Source: Azolla caroliniana
Lineage: Eukaryota; Plantae; Polypodiophyta
DNA length: 64,000 nt
Direction of reading: 5' to 3'
Assembly: GCA_043228905.1 (NCBI GenBank)
Contig: JBHGNT010000006.1
Span: forward strand, 2,232,001 to 2,296,000
Below are positions 1 to 12,956 of this stretch, piece after piece; the first letter of the stretch is position 1; the number at the start of each line of letters is the position of its first letter. The notes below the pieces were generated by a model that worked only from the letters and a program-made list of their open reading frames with translations, had not been told where the DNA came from and did not search any database. The translations under genes and the position numbers were made by a program.

Positions 1-2062
1 GACACCATCCCCTCCCTTCCTCCCTTTTGAGAAACCCATGTGTTTATATCCACCATGCAACATGCATGTGTTTATATCCACCACCATGCATTCATTCATT
101 CACTCATTCATTCATTCATCATATCTTTGTTAAGATTGGGGATTTTATGTATCGCATGCATTTTGTACATTGCATGATATGCGCCATTAAATATTGAAGA
201 ATCTTGGATTTATTTTAGTAGTAGAAACCAAGGATACTCCATATTCTTCATCACTTTGTGTAGTTGATTACAAAATTTAACACTGGAGGCACAATTGGGT
301 ATGAGAATGTGTACAATATATGCTTAGTACAAAATGTCCAAACTTTCATTCCAATTTGCAGATGTGGGTGGTACTATGGTTGAGCTACAATGACAACATT
401 CATGCTTCCATTATTTACAATAATACAATCATTTGGAATATGTCCATGGGTGTATGTGCTTGTGTCTTGTGTTTTATATTGTACGCATACTTACGGATTA
501 AACCACAACTTATTCTATGATTTTGCAATTTTGAAGAAGGTATTCATACATTACGAATGTAAAGAAAATCTAGGCATCATGAATAGATTTCTTTTCAAGT
601 TTTTTCAGCAATTGATTCATACAAACTTCAAATTGGGCAAATAAAGTAGAAAGGATGACTGGTTTGGGAGACATAAAAACCCATGATAAATCGGACGTCA
701 ATTGCAACCACATGACAACACTAGGCTAGATGTTGACATACTTTGATGTTTATGTTGTATAAGTGCATAGAATGTATGTTAACCAATCTCGATAGTTGGT
801 GGAAAAGTATGCAATTTTCCATAAGGGATTATCAATCATTGAGATCTCTTAAGTTTCTTGTGGGGATAGTATGCCCATAAAAAACACATGGGTTTCGGGT
901 TTACGTATACTAAGGTTGATCATATATCAAGTGTAACCTAATATATACCACACGTGTTACATTGTGGATGCACATCTAGAATACGACTCAAAACCTTCAA
1001 TGAAGCACTAATGAAGATCACTTGGAGCCTTCAAGATTATGGGAGACATGGTATAGCCTATATATTATAAAAGAAATATAATTTACTATTAATAACAAGA
1101 TAGTATTGGAGACTTGGACGACATTGAAGAAAAAATGAGGGAATGTGACTTGTTTATAACTTGAACAAGCAAGAAACAAAATTGTGTCGCTGAAAAAACA
1201 TATTGAATAAACTTTGGAGAAATTTACCAAATGTTCCCACATATTGAATAAACTTGCTTGCCTCACTCCATAACTACATTGCTTGAATTCTTTTGCATAA
1301 CCCTAATTTGTCCATGAAATATAGCCATATTAAATGGTGTCCCCTGCATTACCTTATCGAATCAAAGCCCAATATTTGCAAATATCCTAGTAGATTTTGG
1401 TGAATCGGAAAAGATAATCTACCCCAAATACAACAATGAGTTTTCCAGCTTTCTCCAAAAAATGGCACATAAGTGAATGTAAGAACTTGGCACCTCAGAG
1501 AAACCTTGTCTCCATTAGATTGATTATGTACAATATATTCTTATAGAATGGGCTACATCCATTTGTCATGATAATTGCAGTTTGTGCAAAATGTGAGAAC
1601 TACGCATGGTTCTTCTGGTTCACAATGAGCTAGTCATTCCAATATGTTTCTCAAATCTAGAAAAGATGTATGGCACTGAACAATGTGCCCTCGTTCGTAT
1701 AAAAACATCTTTAGTGCAGTCAACTTTTTGTTGAGTTTGTTCAATGGCTTTGATTGTACATATATAAGGTATACATTTTCTCCCAGAAAAGTTAGACCCA
1801 TAATGATACATGGTCATCTCCAAAGTTAGGAATGATGACATCATAATACCAAGTAGATAAGTGTAGATCATTGCTCGGATTCATATGCATAGATCTCTAA
1901 CCTTCAAGGATAAGAATAAATTCTGGTATGTATCTATCATGACAAAAACAAATACCTCCCAACAGAGAGGATCCAGACAAGCTGTTTAATCTATAAATGA
2001 TAATTTATCTGAGAATGCTCTCCAATTGAAGGTGCAATAAATCTGTATGGAATGAATTTGTC

Positions 2063-3874
2063 TCATTCTGGGGCTAATTTATGATAATCAGATTCACTGA
2101 GAAAGTTTGATAGCATGACATATGCAGATACATTGTCAGGATCCAAATTGAAGATATGGTGTGTCAAACGTTTTGCTCGTTTAAGATCAAATAGATTCTT
2201 ACAAGTGCCTAGAAGGATCATCAAAGGGACAATTTGGTTATGCATATAAAATTTCTCAACAATCAGTTCAGCCTCATCTATACGGCCTGCTCTTCCCAAT
2301 AGATCAATCAAGCATTCATGGTGCTCTGCAATAGGTAGAATATGTTGCTCATGTATTATGGATAACCAGAAATGTAGACCCTGTTCAATTAGGCCACCAT
2401 GACTACAGGCGATGAGTATGTTAAGGTATGTGACTTCATCTGGCTTTGTTCCATGTGCAACCATATCATAAAATAATTGTAATGCATTTTCACCATATCC
2501 ATGTTGTGCATATGCTGCAATCATGGCCGACCATGAAATGACATCTCTTTTAAGAATCCGATCGAATGTCCATATGGCCTCTTCCAAACTACCACATTTC
2601 CCATACATGTTCACAATCCCGGTTGTTATCATTGTGTTTGACTCGAACCCAGTAAGCATAATCTTGCTGTGTAATGTTTTTCCCTCGACCAAGCTTCCAT
2701 CTTCTAACACACAAACTGATAAACAACACAAAAAACTCACATCATCTGGTGTGATACCTTCTTTTTGCATCTTTGTAAATAAGCTTCGGACATCATCGCC
2801 AGAGCCATTTTGGGCAAATACTGCCATCAGTGCATTCCAACTAACCACGTTTCTTCCTGATATCTTGTCAAATACGTCACTCGCATCCGATAAACAACCA
2901 CACTTACCATATAAACTTATTGCTGCTGTTGCCAGAGTAACATCAGTTTGAAACCCACAAAATGTTGTCATGGCAAGAAAATTCTTGTTCTCTAGTACAG
3001 CTACATGCCTAACACATGCATCTAAAATACAGATATATGTAACCCTATTAGGAATCATGGATTCTTCCAGCATTTGATTGAAAAACTGCAACGCCCTCAT
3101 GTTATCACACCCATGATGAGAATATGCTGAAAGCATAGCATTCCAAGTGACAACATTCCGTATAGGCATTCGGAGGAATACTTCTCTAGCATCTCTAAGG
3201 CTACCACATCGATCATACATACTAATAAGGGATGTGCTTGTGATGATATCCAAATCCAAGTTTCGGCATATGATATAGACATGTATTTTCTTGCCTGTCA
3301 CAAGGTTTACATGGCTTATACATCCTGAGAGCGCATGTATGAATGTGATTCTGTCAGGGACGGCTCCTTCTGGCATCATCATAACCTCAAAAAGCTGAAT
3401 GGCCATTGAATTATGGTCATTTCGAGCAAATGCAGATATCATGATGTTCCAGGAATAGGTATTTTTCTCTACCATATCTTGGAACCACATATAAGCTTCT
3501 TCCAGAGTATTGGTCTTTGAATAATTCGGCAAAATGAGACTGGCCAAGAATGCATTGGAGCCCCGGAGGTTCTGTATGATGCTGCTATTAAGGATCTTGG
3601 CACCTGAGACAGATCTTGAGCCAGCATAAAAGTTAAGTAAAGGAGCAAAAGATGCACATCTTGCTTTGTGTAGAAGAACATGCTCTGTGAGTCTTGACCT
3701 TTGTGTGGCCCTTGAGGAGGAAGAGGACCCATGACTAGCAAGAATCTGAAAGCAGAGAAACAAAGATCCCCTACAATTGAGGTTTTGCCACACCATCTCT
3801 AGGTCCATCCACACTTTGTTGGCAAACCAGCACCCATGCTGATGTGGCATGAGATGATTGGTTATAGATATCAT
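2063..3874 (-). CDS. PLS-class pentatricopeptide repeat protein, E subclass, no DYW domain (putative organellar RNA-editing specificity factor)
   Basis: 603-aa ORF with repeated P-L-S triplets (SWNIMISAFARN / TFIHALSGC / SLISMYDRCG), then ACSHGGL, LIDLLGRAG and AYVMLSN (E region). The true 5' end is uncertain: there is a plausible splice acceptor (tttctctgctttcag) at ~3746 inside the ORF. Confidence 0.93.
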   Translation of the reverse strand: MISITNHLMPHQHGCWFANKVWMDLEMVWQNLNCRGSLFLCFQILASHGSSSSSRATQRSRLTEHVLLHKARCASFAPLLNFYAGSRSVSGAKILNSSIIQNLRGSNAFLASLILPNYSKTNTLEEAYMWFQDMVEKNTYSWNIMISAFARNDHNSMAIQLFEVMMMPEGAVPDRITFIHALSGCISHVNLVTGKKIHVYIICRNLDLDIITSTSLISMYDRCGSLRDAREVFLRMPIRNVVTWNAMLSAYSHHGCDNMRALQFFNQMLEESMIPNRVTYICILDACVRHVAVLENKNFLAMTTFCGFQTDVTLATAAISLYGKCGCLSDASDVFDKISGRNVVSWNALMAVFAQNGSGDDVRSLFTKMQKEGITPDDVSFLCCLSVCVLEDGSLVEGKTLHSKIMLTGFESNTMITTGIVNMYGKCGSLEEAIWTFDRILKRDVISWSAMIAAYAQHGYGENALQLFYDMVAHGTKPDEVTYLNILIACSHGGLIEQGLHFWLSIIHEQHILPIAEHHECLIDLLGRAGRIDEAELIVEKFYMHNQIVPLMILLGTCKNLFDLKRAKRLTHHIFNLDPDNVSAYVMLSNFLSESDYHKLAPE

Positions 3875-4869
3875 GATTCATGTACAAGGAAGAATTCGCG
3901 GCTGATGTGGCACAACGTCATTGGTCAATCTAGAGGCGGGAACACTATACACAGATTTCTCGACTACAAGTCTCCAAGGTCATAAACAATGTCTGTTGCG
4001 GAAAGGCTATTGTTCCTCGGCCCTAGACATTTGTGATGTGGACACCCAAGCTAAGAAAGGCCATATCGAAGGGCTTGGATGGAAAGCCATGCTTGTCTCA
4101 GGAAACATGGGGCTGAGGTTGGACGACGTTGATGTACTACACAATTGTTTGATGCAACCTCTTGTCAACGTGTTGAGATGAGGGAATTGACCAAGATGAT
4201 TCTCAAGAGATTTGGCCCCCAATAAGTTAAATGGCATTTTATTATTATAGTGCACGATTCAAATGTCCTTGAACCTACGAAGGTTGAACAAAGGTACAAG
4301 TGAGGTTATTATCCCATTATAGGAAATAATTTAAAGTGCCACATTATAATCGTACAACATATTATTATTATGATTGAGGACAAATTTTAAGAGACTTTTA
4401 CCTAGGGGAAATGATAAATTTAAGACCTTCGATGCAAATAAGTTTATTAACTAAGTTATACAAAAGCTAGCTCATTTGACACGCAACCATTCTTGAGGAT
4501 ATAAGTTTTTTTTATGAAACTTTTACTCAATGAGAATTCATATAAAAAACACGCTTCCACATATCCAATATCTATGTTCAATTGTGTTTTTGAAAACCAT
4601 TTGGGCTGAAAAAATGCCTAGTAATCTCATAAAGAAAAGTTTGGGAAAATGATTATAGACCATCATATCTCTTTTCTTGGATTCAATATGAAGGTTAGAG
4701 TGAATGGAAGATTTAAGCGAAAGCGAAAGCACATAATGGATAAAAAAGTCAACAAAATCAGAACACCACCAGGGTTCCAACAATGTTACAAAGGTGGGTC
4801 GAGCAATATTATGCCATCACTATTCTCTATCGCAATACGTAAAAAACCATGAGATGTTACAACATGAAT

Positions 4870-4870
<1 letters not shown>

Positions 4871-4904
<34 letters not shown>
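4871..4904. repeat. (CT)n microsatellite
   Basis: Read directly. Confidence 0.97.
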
Positions 4905-4906
<2 letters not shown>

Positions 4907-5558
4907 TGCAACCCTTTAGGCACTCAACGATATAGAAGACTTGATTACTCTCTACCTTCGACCCTTAAGGTATATTAAGAGATGGAGAGGACATGGCTAT
5001 TCTCTAATGGGTCACTTTTAGATGCATAACAATGTGGATTGGCATGATAGGTATGTCCAAAGGACCATATTAGATCCCAAGTGGGGGGTCGCTTGGTATG
5101 ACACGAGTCACTTTCACATGCACAATGATGTGGACTGCCATTGTTATGCGGCATGCCCAAGGGAGCATATTAAATAAATAGCGAGCGTTCGTATGACATG
5201 TGTAATGGTCGCTTGCCACTAACTAGTCTTTGTAAGGTACCGAGCGAGCCATGTGGATGACATTGGTATTGTGTAGGTGCAAGCAAGGTCTAAAGTCCAA
5301 ACCGACCCAAGAAACCGACCCATGGTGATGCTTGTTTGGCGGCCAAGCCTATTTTTGTAATTTGGGAGCGTGTATATAAAATATAAAATCCAAGTGTTTT
5401 TCATAGCGTAGCGTGTCTATATTCTCTCTCCCCTGCACCGCACCCTGCAGAAACAGAGGCTCCAGAAACAGAGAGGAACCAAGGCAGACGAAAACCGCAC
5501 ACGCAAGGACAAACAGAGCAAGCAAAGAAAGGAAGAAGCAGCAGCAGCAGCAGCAACC

Positions 5559-8266
5559 ATGTCTCTTTCATCTAGTTTTCTTCGCAAGGTCTCAAACCCA
5601 AATCGCTTCCATTTCGTCAGGTCAACAGCTACAGCTTCTTCAGGTACTAATACTACTACTACTACTACTACTACCACTACTTCTTCATCACTTAATAAAC
5701 CACAGAACCTGAAGAAGTTCTCCATTTATCGGTGGAATCCTGACCTTGGTGGGAAGCCATATATGCATACATATACGATTGACACAAACGATTGTGGGCC
5801 TATGGTCTTAGATGCTCTGATCAAGATCAAGAACGAATCTGATCCTACCTTGACTTTCCGACGATCTTGCCGTGAAGGGATATGTGGTTCATGCGCCATG
5901 AACATCAATGGATGCAATGGTCTTGCGTGCTTGACCAAGATTGACCCCTCTCCCAGTCAAGTAACACCTATTTCACCACTCCCTCACATGTATGTGGTCA
6001 AGGACTTGGTGGTTGATATGAGTAACTTTTATAATCAGTATAAGAGCATTGAGCCATGGCTCAAGACAAAGAATCCTCCGCCTGTTGAAGGGAAAGAATA
6101 TCTTCAATCGAAGAAAGATCGGACTAAGCTTGATGGCATGTACGAATGCATTCTTTGTGCATGTTGTAGTACATCATGCCCGAGCTACTGGTGGAATCCT
6201 GAGAAATATCTTGGTCCGGCTGCCCTCTTGCAAGCACACAGGTATGCAGCTTTTTTGTCCCTGTTCACTCTGAATATTGTTTTATGTACTTTTCTGGACG
6301 TTTTCCTTAACCTTTTGTGAGCATTATTATTTGGTGAGGGCATTGTGGTTATCATTGTTGGATGAAGTGATAGTACCAATAGGAACTTTTTATTTTCCTT
6401 TGTGGATGTTTGTTTGTTTTTGTGGCTCTAATTGATAGATGACGTCCATTAATTTTATTGAATCTTGTTCCTTGCCTTTCCTGGATGTATGCCTACTTTT
6501 TTGTGTTATTGTTGCTATAAATAAAGGTGCAAATAGCAACCAGAAGTGTCCATTAGAGTCATGTTCCTTCTGTTCCAAGATGTTGAACCAGATATAATAA
6601 TGAGTAGATGCGAAGTACCTAGAATACATGTTTTCTGGCCATTATTGCTAGGTACGATAACCATTAGCAGGTGAAAGTATTATGTCATGCATAAAATGGA
6701 ATCTTAGTTGATTAATATAGAAAATTTTCCTTAAACTGGCGCCAAACTTGTATATTAGGGATAGAGAACATCCGTATTGTACAAAAAGATGTCATTAGTT
6801 GGATACATCTGAAACTTGCTGAGAGTGCACAAAATACAGACATGCCATCTACTTTAAACCACTTCACCAAAACCCCTCTCTTGCTATAGGTAAGCTTTTT
6901 GTTCAGCTTTGGTGGTACTGAGCTCTCTCTAGTTTCAGCCACATGTATCCTACGTAGTAGCTCAAAATATTGCAAGCATATGTTCAAATGAAGGTATTAT
7001 ATTTCATAAAAAACTAATCATGTACAATGCTGCATTTTGAGCCTACTATCTAGCATAAATGTACCAGAAATGAGATGGGATTAAGTACGTGCACTTTGTT
7101 TTGCATGCTAGCACCAAAATCTGAACAATTTTTTATCTATATCAAGAGTGGGAACCAGGGCAGTGACTTCATGCAGATGGTAAATTGAAACATGACTTTG
7201 CGGCAGATGTGAGTGGGGTTTCAGATTTAAACTTATGCATATAGAATCCATCTACACATAACACAGTAGAAGAATGTCCAATCTTTGATTGCTTACTAGA
7301 ACAGGAAACACTTTATGTAAAATTATGATTGCAACTCTGAGGATTATGGAAAATCTTTCATGCTTGTGATGTTTTGGTGTTTGGATCTGATGTTGTATTC
7401 AGTGCCAGAAAATTTCCAGATGTGAGTAATGATCCTTAGCTAGGGGTGATGATGCCTAGGAAGACTGCTATAAACAGCCTGAGTATTTGCCACATGTGAG
7501 GATCGATCAATGATATCAATATCTGTAGCTAGGCAGAAGGATCCCAAGATTGGGGGCTAAAAATTTGTAACTTTTGTTTTAATTTGTAACTTTTGTTTTA
7601 ATTCTCATTGTTTTAATTCTCAAAATTTGTAACTTTTGTTTTAACTCCTGATTTGTCTTTTTGGGGGGATTTGTTTGTGCTGTTTGCAATCCCCACTGCT
7701 CCACGAACTTTCTTCTCTCCTCTGATTGACCCCTGGTGACATCGATTAGCTCAGACGATGAATAAGAATATGATGTAGAAATACAACCAGGACATGGTGT
7801 AGGATATTATTGATCACACATATATGTACACATATATACACATACATTTCTAATATATATGTATGCATGTGTATAGACAACAAACACACACTCACTCACT
7901 TCAACACTTGGGAAGTTGGCAATTCAGATGACTATTGGTTTGGATTGAGAGATGTTGATTTCAGTTATTTTAATGAAATTTTTTACCATCTAGAGCTTTT
8001 TTTATAAAGATGTTGTAGTAAAATTTGGGATTGTCATTATTCAAGTCCTTAACTGAATATGGATTTTGTGTATTCTATTATCAACAAGGTGGGTGGCTGA
8101 TAGTCGTGATGAATTCACAAATGAAAGGCTGCAATCTATAGATGATGAGTACAAGCTTTACCGATGCCACACAATAATGAATTGCGCAAGAGCTTGTCCA
8201 AAAGGTTTGAACCCGGGTATGCAGATAGCCAAGCTAAAGCAGTTACAGGTTACTAGGCCCACATGA
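5559..8266 (+). CDS. SDH2: Mitochondrial succinate dehydrogenase iron-sulfur subunit; exons 5559-6241 and 8089-8266
   Basis: Motifs [29 protein letters not shown] and [17 protein letters not shown]. Intron 6242-8088 (GTATGC...CAAG) joins HR|WVADSRD in frame. N-terminus is Ser/Thr/Arg-rich and presequence-like. Confidence 0.97.
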
Positions 8267-10417
8267 TTTGTACATGAATTATCAGTATGGAAAACCTCTT
8301 TGTGATTAATAGAGTGCCAGTTTGGCTGATATACACTACTTAAGACCTTATGAGTCTTGAGACTATTTAAAATTTGGATTGTTTTACCTGAACATTTGGA
8401 TGATTTTCTATCATGGAAACTCTAATAAATTTCTGTAATAATGCCTGCAATCATTCTCTCTTGTATACAGAATTTATTGGATTGGTGGTAACCAATTCTC
8501 TGATGCTTCTTTCATTTTTATCTGCAGAGAAATTGTTCTTGTATCATTTGTATTCTATGTTGCATAAATACATAATCCAAATACAGGTTGTCCAGTCAAA
8601 ACTCTAGTTTATAATTAAGAATGTGCACAAACACTTGCTTAAGCATTTAAAAATTCACTGGTCATTCTTTTTTAGATTATTTGTGAGAGAACTCTTAAAA
8701 ATCAACGTATAAGATACCTTGGCAACTGGTAATCAGAGTTTAATGGAATGTAGCATTTGCCACAGTTGGAGTCACTTTATTCTTGGGCCTCATTGTAAAG
8801 ATAATTTTATTCTAAGCCTCATCACTTGGTGAGTAGAACTGTTTTGCAACACTGAGGATGACCAATAAAATCTTTCACAGAATCAACTTTTCGTCGTACT
8901 AAATTCCTTTTGCATTACGTATGATTTTGTGATTCATCAAATAGGCTTATATTTGATGATCAATTCTTGTTTTACACAGTAAGAATCTCTTAATTACCTC
9001 CAAATGCTGTTGAAACCTGGATTTTATAACACACGTGTTAATGTGGATGTAGTGAGACAGGCTAATTTAAAGATTTGAAGTATTGAATGTCCTAATTTGT
9101 AAGTGTTGCTATTAGATTGGAGACAATTGTTTTGTATTGGTCAAGTAGTCCCCATACATAATTTGACTGATTGTTTATTATGATTTGCAATTATTTGTGA
9201 CTGTAGCCTGTTCCCCATGATGCAGTGTGGTGATATATTGTTTGTGCCATTTCTATAGGCCTGTTTTATTCTTTTGCACTGCTCAAAAGGGATTTCATGG
9301 AGCACCTTCAATTCTTCACACCATGTGTTACTGTAAGTTGGTTTTTTGCAAGTGTATTATGTGTTCTCTGGAAAAACAATTTAAAATATCAACACCATAC
9401 AATAGAAATTATTGAATCATAGCACAGTATAACTACAGAAGTACTGAGATTTGGAATTTTGAGGTCCAAAAGGTTTTCAAACGATGGATTGTTGATAAGG
9501 TCCATCATATAGCTGAGTCTAAGGATTATCAACACCTTGGGCCTTTCAAGGTCTGCCTATGGTCTTCATGACGATTGATCTATCAATTCCATGTTTACTT
9601 AGTCAATCTGTTCCACGCTTCTTCAATAGAAGAACACCTTATCCAATGCAAAACATTATCAATAGTCAAGAAGATTTCAAAATAGAGCAGATTCACATTT
9701 CCGAAACATCCCAAAATCAAGAATCCAACTTGGAAGAGCTGCAACATCAGCAGATGCACATGGGGAATTAGCGAGGTTCAAGAATGCCATCACAAAATTA
9801 ATAAAAGCAAATACCTGAGAACACAACCAGTGTAAATAATGTGAGCAAAAATGAAGGAATATAAGTTCCTCTAGGAAAACCAAAATGCTTCTGGAATAAA
9901 GGCAGGAGTGTTTCGAATGTTGTATTTGCGACCTTAACAGGATATTGTAGAAGGTTCTGGCTTCAGGCCATCGAGCACACAGAGAGTCCTTGGGTACCTT
10001 GTTCATCTTCATGGAAAACATTCAATGGGAGCCCAATTTCAGTGATGTTGTATATTATCCTCATTCTTGACCTTGTCCTGTATAGAGTGATTATGCGATT
10101 TAAGAGGATTCTTGAATTCAGCTCTTGCCTTGGAGGTTGTAATCAAGTATTGAATAAAAAAATGTGTAATCAAATATATAATGTTACAACCTTGTCAATG
10201 GTCCTTTACATCTTCGACTTATCTTCAATCTTTATGAAAACATTATCTACTCTCCAATACTATTTCCACCCAAAAGTTCATCATTTATCTATTTAATCAT
10301 GCCATGCGTTTGGGCATTCAGCTTGGATCCATGTGTAATATTCACAATGTGCCTCTTCTTCCTACACAGCACCCATATAAATTTCATCATGATTGAATGT
10401 TAAGAGAACATCATATC

Positions 10418-10640
10418 ACCTACATAGCAAATCGTTGCAATTTTGAAGCATAACAGAACATAAGTTGCCCACATAGTAAATCTTCATAATTTTGAATGAA
10501 AACAGAACAATTACCCACATACTAAATCTTCATAACTTTGAAAGAAAATAGAACAATTCATTCACATAGTAAACCTTCATCATTTTGAATTAAAACATAA
10601 CAAATCGTCCATATAGTAAATCGAAAGAATTTTAAATCAA
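10418..10640. repeat. Degenerate tandem repeat, ~46-49 bp unit, 4-5 copies
   Basis: Recurring cacatagtaaatcttcataattttgaa...aacagaacaa. Confidence 0.8.
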
Positions 10641-10669
10641 ATTGCTTGCGTGAGTGTGTTGCCTTATTT

Positions 10670-11450
10670 ATTATCTTTCACCAACTTGAGATTGAGAATG
10701 GTCGTACTAATAGAGTCCCTAAAGAGGAAAGAATATGTAGACTATGTCACATAGAGATAGGTGATGAGTATCACTTTACATGCAAGTGTCCAACTAATGC
10801 CGAGATAAGGGCGAAATACCAAGACATACTAGGACCCTCTCCCACCCTCTCCAAACTATTAGATACCCCGGATATAAAAAGACTAGGTAGGTATATCTTA
10901 GAGCTAAAACAACATAGAGAGAATAAGCTACAAAATGTTAACCATAACCATTTGAATATTCACCAACATGTAGCTAATGAATCTTTTTAGAATAAGGGGA
11001 GATGATGAATGTGGACACACCTACACCGCTTGGCCCGTCCCTTGCTGAAGTAGAAAAGCAAAGAACAACCAATTTCCCTCAGATGTCGGGCTTCAAAGCA
11101 ACTCGACGTGGAGTAGAAACAATTAAGAAGATAAGGGAATGTGAGTTGCACCGCCTAGAAGCTATGGTTGGGGTACCTTTTACATTGGGACCATGGGCCA
11201 CATCCACACCGAATGAAACTTGGATGGAAATGAAACTAGGCCTAGTATATAGCCATTTCCTTTCTAGAACATGTTTCTTACTAGCAATGGGCCCGGTTCG
11301 GTTTCTTGAACATTTTATTTTATTTTATTTTTACTTTCGATGAATGGGTAAATACCCCATTTTTGTTGTAAACCAACTGTCTCATGGGCCAAATTTAGTC
11401 TTAGAAGACGTTAATATATCTTTCTTTATTTCTCTCTCTCTCTCTCTCTC
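10670..11450 (+). mobile_element. 5'-truncated non-LTR retrotransposon (LINE) 3' end, possibly RTE-X-like
   Basis: HQLEIENGR...PKEERICRLC...DEYHFTCKCP matches the Cys/His-rich C-terminal domain of LINE ORF2. The segment ends in a (TC)n tail at ~11430-11450. No clear target-site duplication. Confidence 0.75.
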
Positions 11451-12956
11451 CTTGATTTCTTTTCAGTTCGCCACCAATAACTAATTTCCTCTACCAATTA
11501 TTAACTTATTAGCCGCACTATTCGGTTAGAGGTATATTCATACATTTCTTTCCTTATCCATGGAAGTATACGATATTTATGAGAATACTAACTGAATTTA
11601 TTATTTAGTTAGTTAATATATTCAATTGAAATCAAATACTTTCTAGGTCTCTATCCCTTCACATAAATAGTTGAGACCGATGAACTCCAACATCATTTCT
11701 TGTCTCTGTGAGACTTATTTTTTATAACACATTGTGTGACTTTGTAAATTTGTTCCTTTTATGTAGATGAGGTTGTGACATCGCCTCATATTACATATGA
11801 TAATTGGTTGGTAAAAAGTTATATTTGAAAAAAGTCTTGTGAGTGAGTGGGAAAAAACATATAGGAAAACATAACTCATTATTTTCATTTGGCAACATAT
11901 AAACCAACAATAAACATCGTATCCAAAAGTTTAGTGAGCATGTGAGTGACGGGTATCACAACATAGCTTCTTGTGGTTTAGGGTTAAGATGATTAATTTC
12001 AAAGTATTGCACATGCTTACATTACCTGTTGACACAATTGACACATGCTTGCACTGACAAACCTATGTATTAACAACGGCATTATTTCAAAGGCATCCAT
12101 CACTTGATATAGAGAATGTTCCCATGGTGGGGAGTCAATTGTTTGTAGGGCTTTAGGGTTAGAATGTGAGAAAAGCAAAACAAGTGACCAAATCTTTAAC
12201 TAATAAGAACCTTACAAGGCAAGTCAAACTTTAGAGAAGTGAGAATGATAACAGAAAGGAACCTTACGAAGACGCAGAACAAAGTAAATGCTACCCAAAC
12301 ACAAGCTCAGCAACAAAAAAGTTTATTGCCATGCACAACGGAATGTGTCAACAAATCTACCAACATATATTAACATCTATCACAAAGTTGTTCGGCATAA
12401 AATGCCATAATCCCTCAATGAGTGACATGGGTTCTTCAGAACATGATTTCAGTCGGCAGATCGCAAGGAAAAAAATAAATAACCAAAGAGTTTTGGTTAT
12501 TGCCGAAGAAATGAAAAACAAAGATCTCATTTTGTTACCACAGCAATAGTAATAGTAGTAATAGGGCTTTGCTTATTGGGGCTTCTCATAGTAATAGTAG
12601 GCCTTAACACTAACTACGGGCAAAAAAATTATTTCTGATTATAAAGCTAATTATCTAGCTATGTAATCATCAGCCCTCCTACTGTAATCAAATCTCATGT
12701 GAAATAGTAATATTTATAGGGCCTTTTACCAATATTTATGTAGCTTATATTGCTAGTATATATAAATATTATGTATATATATATTTCTAATTCCATGTAA
12801 TCTAATGCATATGCACTGTTCATTCTGTTTTGCTGAGAGCTTGTTGTGGTTTTTTAAGAAAGCATCAAGAAGCGAGCCTCCTGATGGTTTTTTGATACTA
12901 TGCTCCTCCATACTGCTGATTAGAATGATAATACTTAATAATACTTCACTCTTTTA

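Noticed and set aside
1400-2062. DYW-domain relic downstream of the isolated PPR
   Set aside because: The reverse complement gave no convincing HxE, CxxCH or terminal motif.
6242-8088. Gene nested in the SDH2 intron (as rps14 is in grass sdh2), or an intronic C/D snoRNA near 7445
   Set aside because: No rps14-like or other credible ORF. The TGATGA...CTGA spacing is too short and there is no terminal stem.
11975-12165. Interstitial telomere repeats (tttagggtta)
   Set aside because: Only isolated single units, as expected by chance.
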